DNA of 63,695 nt, the filler included, from Globobulimina sp. (taxonomy: Eukaryota): NCBI GenBank assembly GCA_003354225.1. It is 45 parts of 45 records of this genome, joined end to end, with 100 filler letters (N's around TTAATTAATTAA, not from the genome) between each part and the next. Parts side by side here need not be neighbours in the genome. Positions count along the whole stretch, not along the records: positions 11,351 to 12,668 come from PIVH01018758.1; positions 12,769 to 14,086 come from PIVH01018759.1; positions 14,187 to 15,504 come from PIVH01018760.1; positions 15,605 to 16,922 come from PIVH01018761.1; positions 17,023 to 18,340 come from PIVH01018762.1; positions 18,441 to 19,758 come from PIVH01018763.1; positions 19,859 to 21,176 come from PIVH01018764.1; positions 21,277 to 22,594 come from PIVH01018765.1; 37 more parts are not named here. One strand, written 5' to 3'. Under the pieces are notes generated by a model, which worked only from the letters and a program-made list of their open reading frames with translations, was not told where the DNA came from and ran no database searches. The position numbers and the translations under genes were made by a program. Shown here piece by piece: positions 12,188 to 24,012 of this stretch (position 1 is the stretch's first letter; each line of letters begins with the position of its first letter).

Positions 12188-12469
12188 ATGTCTCATAGAT
12201 ACGGTGTACGGCAAGTGTTGCATGAGAATGGATTTGAAGTGCCATACGAATTAGTACCAGATGGTATTCGTGCAATGGTACATGACGTATATCCATGTCC
12301 AGGACTTGATCATATGAAGATAATTACTGGTTTATTGATTGCCGGCACGGGCGTTAGGAAAATTTATAGGACATTGAATGCGAGAGCCATTTATATGCAA
12401 AGACATCCAAATAGGAAGTTCCCATGGAGGAAACCATTTATTCATAGTGGCAAATCAAAATTCTTATAA
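12188..12469 (+). CDS. Hypothetical 93-aa protein
   Basis: ATG ORF with higher GC than its flanks, divergent from the upstream gene. Confidence 0.45.
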   Translation: MSHRYGVRQVLHENGFEVPYELVPDGIRAMVHDVYPCPGLDHMKIITGLLIAGTGVRKIYRTLNARAIYMQRHPNRKFPWRKPFIHSGKSKFL

Positions 12470-12832
12470 AATATATAGATATTGTTCATGTTTCATTTCA
12501 TTCATTTTGTTCATTGCTTATTGCTTATTACTACATATTGACCTCATGTGATTTGCTAACAACAAATGTGACTTATTAGCTCTCGTTATGTCTTGGTTTT
12601 TTCTATCATTTTCTGTTTAAAATTGTGCAAGGATAATTCAGCAAAAACTCTCTGTTGCAAGGATATCTNNNNNNNNNNNNNNNNNNNNNNNNNNNNNNNN
12701 NNNNNNNNNNNNTTAATTAATTAANNNNNNNNNNNNNNNNNNNNNNNNNNNNNNNNNNNNNNNNNNNNAAACAAATTAAAATTAGTCAGTGATTGGACTG
12801 CTATCTGTTCATCTAATAATTACCAACAGATT

Positions 12833-14085
12833 GTGTCTTTTTTCAATAAACACAAAACAGAGATGTTATCATTCAAATCACCGTGGTTTCTTCAAAATGT
12901 AATCGAAAGTGATGATGTGACAACTGTAGAATATATTTTACAGCAAACTAATCCACAAACATATATAAATTTAAAGTGTAATGCTAATACTTCATGTCCT
13001 CTCATATTAGCATGTAGTTATTCAATATTGGAAATGGTTAAATTGATTGTATCAAATGTTGCAACATTGCCAGAAGAATTAATAGGTTCAGGATTAATAT
13101 ACAATATGTTTTGTTTTAACAACAAAATGACAGGAGATGAAATGTATTCATGTGTTGATTATTTGCTCAGTTTTTTATGCTCATTATTATATCATGGCGG
13201 TATTATATGCTCATTATTATATGGCAGTGATTACCGCAGTGACTGTGAGCAGTTACCATTTGATCGTATCAAAATGGCAAATTTAATTAAAAGCAAACGT
13301 CCAAATCTCATGGTTTATGTATCAAGCCACAATTGTTTTGGTGTATTGGATATCAAATATGGCCAATTTCATTTCGAATTTGCAGATTTTTTAGTTGATA
13401 ATGGAGCAAAATTAGATCCTGTATTATTTGCATGCACACCGAGTGATGCTATAATTAAATGGTTACTGAAACACAATGTGAATATAAATGGAAACACTGA
13501 AAATCAACATATAACACCGATATTACGCTGTTGTATATTATGGGAGTCACAAAATAAGAAAATTCAAATTATGGAAGCATTATTAAACAACGGCGCTGAT
13601 ATAAATAAAAAATATGTTTATCAAAACAAAGAAATTACCGCATTACAATATATCAAACAAACATTTCCAAATACATTCTTTGAATATTTTAAAAATTATA
13701 AACCAAAATCTAAGAGTGATAATGTAAGCATTACTGTGCCATCAAAACAGAAACAAATTAGTGAGGATCTGATACAAGTATCAGATGGGCAATCTTCTGA
13801 AGTTAATATGTTTAATGTTTATTTAATATTTTTTGGATGCATACCCTATTAAACAAAAAAAAGAGTGATGAAGAAAAAAAAGAAATGATTTTGACACCAC
13901 TTGGAAGCGTAGAAAATGAATTTTACTTTTTTTTAAAAAGAATTAATATGGAAAAATATTTTGATAAATTTAAAGAAAATGAATGCTGTGATATGGATTG
14001 TTTTGAATTATTTGATGATGATGTTTTACAAAATGACATCGGTATTCAAAGTAAAATTGCTCGAAAAAAGTTTTTAAAACATTGA
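12833..14085 (+). CDS. Ankyrin-repeat protein with C-terminal SAM domain, intron 13802-13863
   Basis: PLILAC, LVDNGA, LLKHNVNIN, TPIL, LLNNGADIN; SAM-like FLKRINMEKYFDKFKENE...DIGIQSKIARKKFL. Confidence 0.75.
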
Positions 14086-14186
14086 GNNNNNNNNNNNNNN
14101 NNNNNNNNNNNNNNNNNNNNNNNNNNNNNNTTAATTAATTAANNNNNNNNNNNNNNNNNNNNNNNNNNNNNNNNNNNNNNNNNNNN

Positions 14187-15504
14187 CCACCACGCAATCA
14201 CTAATAAATGTAATAAATACATTATATACGTTAATTTGCCTAAAGATTGATATATGTCAAATGATAAAAATTCTTTAATTAAAGATATCTGTCCTTGGTT
14301 CATGTACTTTAATGCAAATGTTAATAAAGCTAAACTTACACCCTATTTATATAATATACAAAGAATTTATATAATACACACAAAGAATATATAAATATAT
14401 ATCACTTAACCCATGCTGGTCGACCTAATGCAAAATAAAATTCATTAGATAGCAAACTCCATCGGTCATTTGGTGCATGTTCAACATCTTGATATGGCCA
14501 AACAACAAGAGCTAACATAATAAATGATGCTAATAATATAACTGCAAAATAATGATATTTACGTAATACAAATTTTTTCTTTTTTCCATCTAAAATTAAA
14601 AAAATAAACATCAAAGCTACACCAATGAAATACACACTCATTCTTGCCCATGGTTTGAAAAAGGATTTAGACCATTGGCTTCCACCATGAATGGCAGGCA
14701 CTCCAGGAAATTGTAGAGTTCCAAAATGATAATAAAATGCATAGTAAAATCGGATTACTAAGCAAACAATAATTGGTATCAATGAAGATAACAAACCATA
14801 GAATTTATTATAACAAAATAATAATACCAGAAATGGCAACAGTAAAAACATTTGCATATCACATTGAACATACCATAAATGTCCCATACAACCACCTGCC
14901 TTCTGATCTAAATTTGCATAAAAAAATAATACCTTAACCCAGTTATCATTGCAAATATCAGTATAAGTTGATCTTGATGTTACATGATAACCATATGGTA
15001 TTTGATCAAGTATTTGCCATAGGATAGCTGTTGCATACATCATCATTGGTAATATACGTAATATTCGTATTAGAAAAGCCATAGGAATCCAAATATACCC
15101 ATAAGACACACCTTTCTTACCATATTTTTCTACACTTCTCCAAATAGAAAATGTGGCTAACAAACCACTTAAAAAAAAGAATGAATCCACAGAATAGTCT
15201 GAGTATTGGATAAATATTGTATATAATCTTTGTGTTAAATAATAATAATCAACTCTGTTGCCATTAAATGTGACTCTGTTCGAGCCATTTAAAAAAAATT
15301 TAAATGAATGACCTAAAATAACCCATGTCATTGACCATACACGGATTCCGTCTAAAAAATTCAATGTTGATTTATCTGGCGATCTAACTCTGCCAAAAGC
15401 ACTCCATATATCCTGAATATTAAATGATGCAATAAATGTATTTTGAGAAACAATTTCGAAATTCTTCCGATACTCCATACTATATCGCTTAAATATACTT
15501 GCTG
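14187..15504 (-). CDS. Acyltransferase-3 / NRF-6-like membrane O-acyltransferase (partial), intron 14343-14410
   Basis: LDGIRVWSMTWVILGH, SVDSFFFLSGLL, RILRILP, CMGHLWYVQCDMQMF; after the intron LGKLTYIMYLLH. Confidence 0.88.
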
Positions 15505-15604
15505 NNNNNNNNNNNNNNNNNNNNNNNNNNNNNNNNNNNNNNNNNNNNTTAATTAATTAANNNNNNNNNNNNNNNNNNNNNNNNNNNNNNNNNNNNNNNN
15601 NNNN

Positions 15605-16709
15605 GTACTTTGCCACACAACATCTAGAACATGTATACAATTCCATTTTTAATATTGTTTGATTTCTTCCTACATTTCAAATACACACATTCCATATTTT
15701 TGGCTTTAATCTGCCACACTCTCTTAACGATGCCTTTAATTTTTGGTTTTTTATGAAATCTTTCATTTGATGCTTTCAATAATTTGATACACAATTTTGA
15801 TACAAAATAGTTATGTCTATGATTAACCAATATCGAAAACATTTGTTTTCTCCATTTAATTAGATTTATTTCTTTCTTTATCGCTTTAACATTGTTCTGT
15901 TTTTTATGATAATAAAAACTTAAGGAAATAATCCAAGTCACATTCCATAATGCATTAGTTTGCCGAGGGTAATTTATTCCATTTATTTGATAATGTAACT
16001 CCTTTAATATCCAATCCATTGAAGGTATTGTAATCATTGTCCAATATTTAGATTGTTTCAATAAATATGAATTACGCAATATTTGATTTGAGAATAGCAT
16101 CATCGAAGCATATATACTCAATATGTTATCTTCTACTTTCATTGGATTTTCTTTACGAAGTACAAGTTCTGTATCACAAAGTTTTAAAAATGATTCTATA
16201 ATGCAACTATTAGTACTTATATTTTTAAAATAATAAATAGAAACAGATTGATGTTGTAAGAGTGCTGTCAGTACGCACGATAATGTCTTATTTGCATAGG
16301 GATCGTATATATGATAAGCATGAAACTCAGCAGCAAATACAATCAATACATTTGCTAATATATGAGCACAACATTTACATATTCCATTGCCCACTAAATC
16401 AATGATATGCGAATATTCATCATACTGTGTTTCAGTTAACGCAAAAATTTGTTTCCGCGAGCGTTTGAGTGGGCGGTTTAACATTTTTAGTATAAATGTT
16501 ATGTAACGAAGTGGATCACGGAATTGAGATAAATGATGACCACATCGTTTCGAAATATCTGCCATTCTGCTTTGTTCGCGTTCATATCCGTTATAAATAA
16601 TACTTATTTCAGCATTGTGTTTCCGAAGGTTCATCACTTTCGCACAATGTATCCCATGATACCTCTCGTTATTTTTTATAATGGAACCAAGTGTCACAGT
16701 CCCAAACAT
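15605..16709 (-). CDS. Protein with C-terminal MYND zinc finger (apparent frameshift near 15650)
   Basis: CVYLKC in the long ORF; MELYTCSRCCVAKY in a shifted frame at the contig end. Confidence 0.55.
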
Positions 16710-17022
16710 CGCTAGACTTGCTTTATAAATGGTTTTTGAAAAAACTGTAAAGTGATCTAGTCAGCTTGAGACAACTTTAAATAACAACTAGAACATAATT
16801 AACAAGTGATGCACTATTATCATTAATATGGATCAACATTTTGCTGTTTGAGCAATACGGATGCCCAATATTTCCATGCATTTGCGGCACTATATGTATA
16901 CCCCAAACTGTAATGCAATCCANNNNNNNNNNNNNNNNNNNNNNNNNNNNNNNNNNNNNNNNNNNNTTAATTAATTAANNNNNNNNNNNNNNNNNNNNNN
17001 NNNNNNNNNNNNNNNNNNNNNN

Positions 17023-18340
17023 AGTAGTAGAGAAGGGGACACTTGACACCTTTTTTATATGTAAACAAAAAAAAAATTACTTTTTAAAGTATATTTTATA
17101 AATTTTCAATTTAAAATATTTTGTATTTAGAAAATTTTATTTTTGTATAATACAGACATTTTTTTGAAAATCAGTGACAAACATAAAATTATATTTAAAT
17201 AATATCCTCTTCAAGTGTTTCATCCAGAGGTTCACTGAAGATAAAATTAGGAGGTAACAATTTTCGCTTCACATAAAATGGTTGAAGTCCTGTCCGAGTA
17301 GCGGTGGTGGTATAGATGGCGGTTTTGTTTCTTATAGTGCGGAAGGAAACATTTGTTGCTTGAACTGCAATGCCGTTGTAAAGCGCATCCTTGAAAGTGT
17401 TATATCGTAATATTTCTTTGTTGGTTTTTGCTGACACTCCTTTAGCTGCATGTTTCAATGTATTTTCAGATTCATCCGCCATAATGTAACATTTGGCTGA
17501 TAGACCTATGAACGACTTGGCCTGTTTTTCTACTTTGAAAAGACCAGGTTGTCTCTTAGTATAAGCTTCAGCTTCAGGAGTTCGTTCATCCACTATGAAA
17601 TCATATTTCTTTTCTTCATATTCATCTCGCAAATGAGGCAGAACGAGTGATTCTGGATTGTTACTACCCCAACTAACAATCACACTGTCTGTGTCTGAAC
17701 CACATATAGCCAACTTCTTGTGATCAAAATATTTTAAGATAAAACTGTGAACAAACCGTAACAAATTTAACTTTGCAGCACCAAATACAGCAACAGCAAT
17801 TTGAATTGGTAGATCGTATTTTATAGTTTTAGGTTTTAATTGTACTTCAACATAACCCTGACTCAATTCCAAATGGCTAAGGTAAGATGGACCATTTACA
17901 AACTTTTTGAATCCTTCACCTGTTGTAATTTTATAAGTGTTACGTTTCTGAGGGTTGTATGCAAATTTTCCCCAAGCGCTTGCGCCCATATGTTTTGCCA
18001 AGTTAGTTTTCACAGTATTTTTACTTCTGTCACCTTCTCTGCGCATATCTGCAACGATAGTTTCATATTTTCGAAAGGGAAAGTGATTTCCTTGGAACTG
18101 GATTACCTGGTGAACTTTTATAATATTGACACCTATACTGCAGAGGTATTTCAACAATGGAGTGTATATCAAGATTTTTTTGCCTGACATGCAAGCAACC
18201 AAATTCTTTCTCGGTTTTATGAAATCTAATCCATTTTGTTCACCCACTTTCAATACTTCCTCTGGTATCATTTTTCTATTAATGTTCAGGTGTCGAATAA
18301 TTGGAGGAAACATCTTAAGTTTTTCATAATTCGGATGGAC
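17023..18340. mobile_element. Terminal fragment of a Polinton/Maverick-like element
   Basis: Contig starts with AGTAGTAG, 172 bp beyond the stop of an intronless protein-primed PolB gene. Confidence 0.65.
17195..18340 (-). CDS. Protein-primed family B DNA polymerase, C-terminal half
   Basis: FPPII, motif B KHMGASAWGKF, motif C SDTDS, PGLFKVE, SAKCY (KxY), AKGVS, YVKR. Confidence 0.85.
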   Translation of the reverse strand, partial: VHPNYEKLKMFPPIIRHLNINRKMIPEEVLKVGEQNGLDFIKPRKNLVACMSGKKILIYTPLLKYLCSIGVNIIKVHQVIQFQGNHFPFRKYETIVADMRREGDRSKNTVKTNLAKHMGASAWGKFAYNPQKRNTYKITTGEGFKKFVNGPSYLSHLELSQGYVEVQLKPKTIKYDLPIQIAVAVFGAAKLNLLRFVHSFILKYFDHKKLAICGSDTDSVIVSWGSNNPESLVLPHLRDEYEEKKYDFIVDERTPEAEAYTKRQPGLFKVEKQAKSFIGLSAKCYIMADESENTLKHAAKGVSAKTNKEILRYNTFKDALYNGIAVQATNVSFRTIRNKTAIYTTTATRTGLQPFYVKRKLLPPNFIFSEPLDETLEEDII

Positions 18341-18496
18341 NNNNNNNNNNNNNNNNNNNNNNNNNNNNNNNNNNNNNNNNNNNNTTAATTAATTAANNNN
18401 NNNNNNNNNNNNNNNNNNNNNNNNNNNNNNNNNNNNNNNNAAAGCAAATGCTCTCTGCTCTCAAATTTCAAAACATTAAGATATGGCATATTTGCA

Positions 18497-19603
18497 ATGG
18501 ACAATAGAATCTATGGAATCACTCATTCAAATACGTATCATAATACATTTGAGTCATCATTGCATTCTTATAACAAAAGGCAAGATTCCTGGCATCAAAT
18601 AGAAGCATTTACAATAAATAAAAAAACGGGAAATATTTGCCGGGAACGTATTTTTTATGCGGTGGATTATAAAAAAAAGAATTTATTTGCTTTACATTCT
18701 ACAATTAGTAAATTTAATTTATTGTCGATTTATGATTTTGACAAAATACAAATGAAACAATTGATGCTCGATTTCAAATCTTGTAAATATCACACCATCG
18801 ATAAATGGATAAGTTGTGATTCATTTGATATAATTCCGGATCATTTTGATATTTCCAATACAAGATATATTATTTCGTATTGGTACCGGTATAAAAACTA
18901 TAAATTAAATTCTATTCCAAAAGAAATTATATCATTGACACATAAATTTATTCCTAATTTTTGTCTTTATGCCATTGGTTGGAATATTGCATTGTGCAAA
19001 GTATATAATTTTGAAATAGATTATTGTGATAAGTACTCGTTTAAAATAGTAAACGTCAAAGAATTTACTACTCGCAATTTTCATGATGAACATTTTAGTT
19101 TTTTATCAAAAGATAATCATTTTTATGCCATAAATAATTGCAAATGGGCGAATAATTTAGTTGTTGATGCAAAAGAAATGATGGATAATTTACAAATCAA
19201 TGAAGAGATTCAGATCAAAACGTCCATATTTAAGCAACATTCATTACATCCATTACAACACAAAAATAATGATCGGGATTATGTTCAATATTTTGTGTAC
19301 AATAAACATGATGCATTAAATAAACAAATTGAAGATGTATTTGTTTATATTTATGTTGTTATTAATACTCCAAAAAATAAATATGGTGGAAATTCAAAGG
19401 AATTGGTGAGTGGACATTTATGTTTATTTAATAAAATTAAGAAAACATTTACTAGAATGGATGGTATATCACTGCCAGTTCAAATTACCCCCAACAATTT
19501 CAATGGCCCTACACAACAGAGCCCAACAATTATCTATGACAATAATACCGAACAATTATATTTCTTTTCAAATCAGGATAAGATGTGGACACTAAAGCTT
19601 TAA
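18497..19603 (+). CDS. Hypothetical protein (368 aa)
   Basis: Long ATG ORF in AT-rich DNA; IISYWYR...IPKEIISL segment; no confident domain. Confidence 0.55.
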   Translation: MDNRIYGITHSNTYHNTFESSLHSYNKRQDSWHQIEAFTINKKTGNICRERIFYAVDYKKKNLFALHSTISKFNLLSIYDFDKIQMKQLMLDFKSCKYHTIDKWISCDSFDIIPDHFDISNTRYIISYWYRYKNYKLNSIPKEIISLTHKFIPNFCLYAIGWNIALCKVYNFEIDYCDKYSFKIVNVKEFTTRNFHDEHFSFLSKDNHFYAINNCKWANNLVVDAKEMMDNLQINEEIQIKTSIFKQHSLHPLQHKNNDRDYVQYFVYNKHDALNKQIEDVFVYIYVVINTPKNKYGGNSKELVSGHLCLFNKIKKTFTRMDGISLPVQITPNNFNGPTQQSPTIIYDNNTEQLYFFSNQDKMWTLKL

Positions 19604-19906
19604 AGTTTTTGATAAAAGAACCGTTTGTTGCTACGCTTTTTGTTTGTTTTTATAAGCAGGAAGTGATCTGTTTATTTTACGAAATAATTCGCTTACTACA
19701 TTTTCGCTTAGTATCTTCTCCTCAACCAACATTCTTACCAGAAAATAAAACTTATCAGNNNNNNNNNNNNNNNNNNNNNNNNNNNNNNNNNNNNNNNNNN
19801 NNTTAATTAATTAANNNNNNNNNNNNNNNNNNNNNNNNNNNNNNNNNNNNNNNNNNNNATCTGCTGAGAAAAGTTTTCAAAATAGTCAAATAAACAACTT
19901 TAAATC

Positions 19907-20029
19907 GCAGAGAGACGCATAGCAAAAGATTTGAAGGACTATGTTTATGGAGGTCCTATGACTGGAAACCTATTGACTTGGGAAATTATAATGAAAGGAC
20001 CATCAAAACTCACCATGGTAAATACTTAG
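19907..20029 (+). pseudogene. Ubiquitin-conjugating enzyme (E2) N-terminal fragment
   Basis: AERRIAKDLKD..GGPMTGNLLTWEIIMKGPS, then a frameshift before SP and a stop. Confidence 0.6.
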
Positions 20030-20204
20030 TTTTCTGCACAATTGAAGAAACACTCGTTTCTGAACGAAGAGCGTGAGTGAATTACCGTGAATGTTTTTGT
20101 TTTTGTTAAGTTTGAATGTGTCCTATAAAATCGTATTTATTTAATTTGCTCAAACAAGGACATATTAATATTGCGATTTAATAATTATTCCAATCAAACT
20201 GTAT

Positions 20205-21176
20205 TCATTGTGGAACTATAGGATTTTCAACAATTTGAACTTGGTCATTTGCTGAATACAAATTTGCAATAAACAAAACACCACTTCCTACACTCATATA
20301 TGTTGCTAAATTTAATACATTTTTAACGCGTTGACCATTCTGATGAAACGCCACTGTGGCAGTATTGTCATCTTTTTTGAGTTTAACCAATACACCAATC
20401 CTATCACCATACGTCCACGCTGCACTCCAGCCTTCGCTACCTCCACTTCTGTATAAATGACCGTTTGCGCCATATAACGAGCAGCCTGATACGCCAGCAT
20501 GACCAGGATACGGTCCATGTTTAAATGGTTTGGATTCTGTTACACCAATCATTATATATCTGTTGCCATGTGAACATATATTAAATTCAACATATCTCTG
20601 TGCAGTTCCATGCGTTGGCATTTCCAACACTCCATATACAGGCACCGATACATGTAATGATGGATTGAGTGATAATCTGGTTGCAACAGTTCCATTTCCT
20701 GCTAATTCAATGAGTGGTGAGCCACAATATGGATTAAACCTTGCTTCCAACGATTGCATTATTACGTTATATAACGAATCTATGTTAAAATAAATACAAT
20801 CATCCTTTAATTTTTCTAATTGAATCATTTTAAGTTCATGTAGTGTGCTATTGATGTCATAACCTCGTAAATAATCTAAAATAACACCAAATAAATCAGG
20901 GTTGCGATCAAAATATAATTCGACAATTTGTCTGGATTGTAGTGAGCCAGGCTGTGAGTTTGTTTCTTTGATGTTTTCTTTCTCGTCGTCGTCTTTTGGA
21001 TGCATTTTTGTAAATTGTTCAATAAATAAGGTCATGCCATGTCGCTTTGATAATAATGTAGCAGCAGATGCCATGAATGTTTTGTCAGAAATAACCAATT
21101 TTATTTTAATATTTGCTCCATTATACTCTAATTCTTCTTGTTTTTTTTGTTCTGCCACTACCTTTTCCATTTGTTC
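20205..21176 (-). CDS. KCTD-type BTB/POZ + SPRY/B30.2 protein, 5' truncated
   Basis: YFDRNPDLFGVILDYLRG; IMIGV...YGDRIGVLV...FHQNG. Confidence 0.8.
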   Translation of the reverse strand, partial: EQMEKVVAEQKKQEELEYNGANIKIKLVISDKTFMASAATLLSKRHGMTLFIEQFTKMHPKDDDEKENIKETNSQPGSLQSRQIVELYFDRNPDLFGVILDYLRGYDINSTLHELKMIQLEKLKDDCIYFNIDSLYNVIMQSLEARFNPYCGSPLIELAGNGTVATRLSLNPSLHVSVPVYGVLEMPTHGTAQRYVEFNICSHGNRYIMIGVTESKPFKHGPYPGHAGVSGCSLYGANGHLYRSGGSEGWSAAWTYGDRIGVLVKLKKDDNTATVAFHQNGQRVKNVLNLATYMSVGSGVLFIANLYSANDQVQIVENPIVPQ

Positions 21177-21461
21177 NNNNNNNNNNNNNNNNNNNNNNNN
21201 NNNNNNNNNNNNNNNNNNNNTTAATTAATTAANNNNNNNNNNNNNNNNNNNNNNNNNNNNNNNNNNNNNNNNNNNNAGTGAATTTTCGTTTTATCTGCAA
21301 TAGGCTCAATTATTTATCGATATTTTGATATCATAATATTGTTTTTGGTTTCAGCCAAGCAAATTTATTGAATTGTACTAAACAAAAGCAAACGTTATAG
21401 TTTGTTTTAATATCGGTGTTTTATTCGGATCGGTGTATAACCACAGGAGAGGGTTTCGTGT

Positions 21462-22594
21462 ATGGGTTCAAAAAATCGGGATGACAAAATAACAGCGTCT
21501 GAGATTAAACTGAGGTACTATTATATTGTGGGAATTGTTGCCACAACCATTGGTGTATTGATGGTTGCTTTGCTCAATTTTACAACACCCTTAGATTTAA
21601 TCAGGAACAAAATACTGGGACAAGATGGTGTAATAACTTCGGAAATTATCCTCAGGTTCTTTTTACCGAGACTAGGCTTTGTTTTAGGGATTTCATATCT
21701 GCTGGTTGTCATTGGTATTAATAGAATGCTTAAACCAGTATCCATATGTCTTGGTATTTATAAAAATAAAAAAGTACCCTCTCAGAACCAAATCGAAGCT
21801 GCAAAAATTCGAATTTTAAACATGCACTATAAATTTGTGCCTATGAATGTCTTTATATGGATTTTAATCCCTGTATTTATCGGTTTGTCAATGGTCTTGG
21901 AAGGTGTTTTGGACTATAGAACGGTTATTATTTTATCAGCCAGAGCCAGTATGGTTGGTTTAATTTCTTCTGCCATAGCATCCCAGAGGATCGAATCGAT
22001 ATCAAGAATGCAGTTGATTCCCTTTTTCTTTCCCAAGGGCAATATTAGCCAATTGGCTGGGATAACAATGAATTCCATATCAAAGCGAATTCAATTAGTA
22101 AATCGTTTGAGTGCAGTGGTCCCTGTGACCATATTAATGGTTACATTGCTCACGCTTCAATGGGAGCTTGAAGTAAGTTCTGTTTCAGCAATTCAATATG
22201 GCCGGGGAATGACTTTATTTACGTTTGCATTGCTGGTTTGGACCATAATATTCTCAAAGGAATTAAACCGATTGTTGAGTAAGAATATTGTCGACCCGAT
22301 TAATGATTTGGTGGTCGTACTTAAAAATGTACAAAGTGGACATTTTGATAAAAGAGCACAGGTGGTTTCCAATGATGAAATTGGATATGCCGGCGATGTT
22401 GTGAATGAGATGACTTTGGGTCTTCAAGAAAGAGAATCTATGCAGCAATCACTCAATTTAGCCAGAGAGATTCAACAAAATCTTCTTCCAAAATTCAACC
22501 CAGATCTTCCGGGTATAGATATTGCCGGTAAAAGTGTTTATTGTGATGAAACAGGAGGAGACTATTATGATTTTATCACGCCCAATAAAAATGG
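21462..22594 (+). CDS. Bacterial membrane HAMP + SpoIIE/RsbU (PP2C) phosphatase, 3' truncated
   Basis: Shine-Dalgarno AGGAG upstream, TM helices, HAMP (P...L....V..G.F......DEIG), LAREIQQNLLP, ETGGDYYDF. Confidence 0.9.
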
Positions 22595-22800
22595 NNNNNN
22601 NNNNNNNNNNNNNNNNNNNNNNNNNNNNNNNNNNNNNNTTAATTAATTAANNNNNNNNNNNNNNNNNNNNNNNNNNNNNNNNNNNNNNNNNNNNATTTTC
22701 CGTTACATTTATTTGTATAAACATGAATTAATAATATTTAGCAATAAAAATATCGGCGACAACTGACAATGACGATGATGAGAAAAGTGTTCACTGCAAT

Positions 22801-24012
22801 ATGTCCATCAAAGAATTAAGTAATATTAAAATAAAAAGACTGGACACCTGTTACATAGTCGGTTTACCAAATAATATTTCCATCGAAGCAATATTACGAA
22901 AACCGCAATGGTTTGGCCAATTTGGTAATATTACATATATCGCAGTTAATGGCATTACCGCGTATATTAAATATGACAATCATGCATCGGCAGCAACGGC
23001 AATTACGTTTTGTAACACATTTGTATTCGATGACGGTTCTGGAAGGAAATTAAAAGCTACATTTAGCACTCAATCATACTGCAAAGCGTTTCTACATAAC
23101 ACAAAATGTAGAAAACCTAATTGTTTCCAGAAACATTCTTGGTGTCAGCCACAAGATATCGTCACACAAACCGATATGGACAGATTTAAGGCAATCCCGC
23201 TCAATGTGAACAGACACAAGAAAATGGATATTGTTCAGGAACGAGGCTGGTTAATATATCAAAAGAAATGGTTGGAACAGTCGCAACTGCAGCAAATGGA
23301 TAAAGATTATGGCGCTCGCAACTTACAAACCGCACCGAAAATATTATTCACAGACAATAATGTTGATAATAAAAGGGATACGTATACGAAGCGGCGATAT
23401 AACAATGGAACTGTAAAAATCATTGGTGAGTACGATAGGTCGTATGGCTTTGGAATTGTTGCTGAATTTTATAATGCTTCAATACCAAAATATAATGCAT
23501 TCAGGACATTGATGGATAAGCAATTCAAACCGTTACAGCAACATTTATCAAATGGTTATGATGTAATTGTGGTTCAGCCCACAACTTATGATATTAATAA
23601 AATTGGTAAAAATACGTTTTATGAAAATAATAAACAAATAATATACCACAAAATCGGTGTGCATAGCAAACAATTACCATTTGCATATATTAAATATATT
23701 CAACATAAGATTGATGAATTGAGTGATTACGCGGAAAAAGTAGATACTGTGCCAGTATACACATATGTTCCTAAAAAGAAAAAAGCAAAACATAGGAAAA
23801 ATAAACAGAAAGCAAAAGCTATCAAACAGCAACGACCAAAACCAGAGCAAAAGTATCCAGAGGAAGAAGAAGAAGAAAAAGTGAGAATTAAATTTGATGC
23901 TGATGTGGTGGAACAGTTAGTTTTGTTACATATTGGTGATGAGGATGAATGCAAGCGGGCGTCCGCATTGGTGATAAATTTTCGAGATATTAATGAAGTA
24001 CCGGCTAAAATA
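22801..24012 (+). CDS. NOT4-like RRM + CCCH zinc finger protein (partial)
   Basis: YIVGL...L...WFGQFGNI...AYIKY...GRKLKATFSTQSYCKAFL...C...C...H matches the CNOT4 RRM-C3H1 module. Confidence 0.7.

Noticed and set aside
22801-24012. RING-less NOT4 as a novel architecture
   Set aside because: A possible acceptor (TTTAG near 22741) precedes the ORF and the contig is truncated, so a RING exon may lie upstream.
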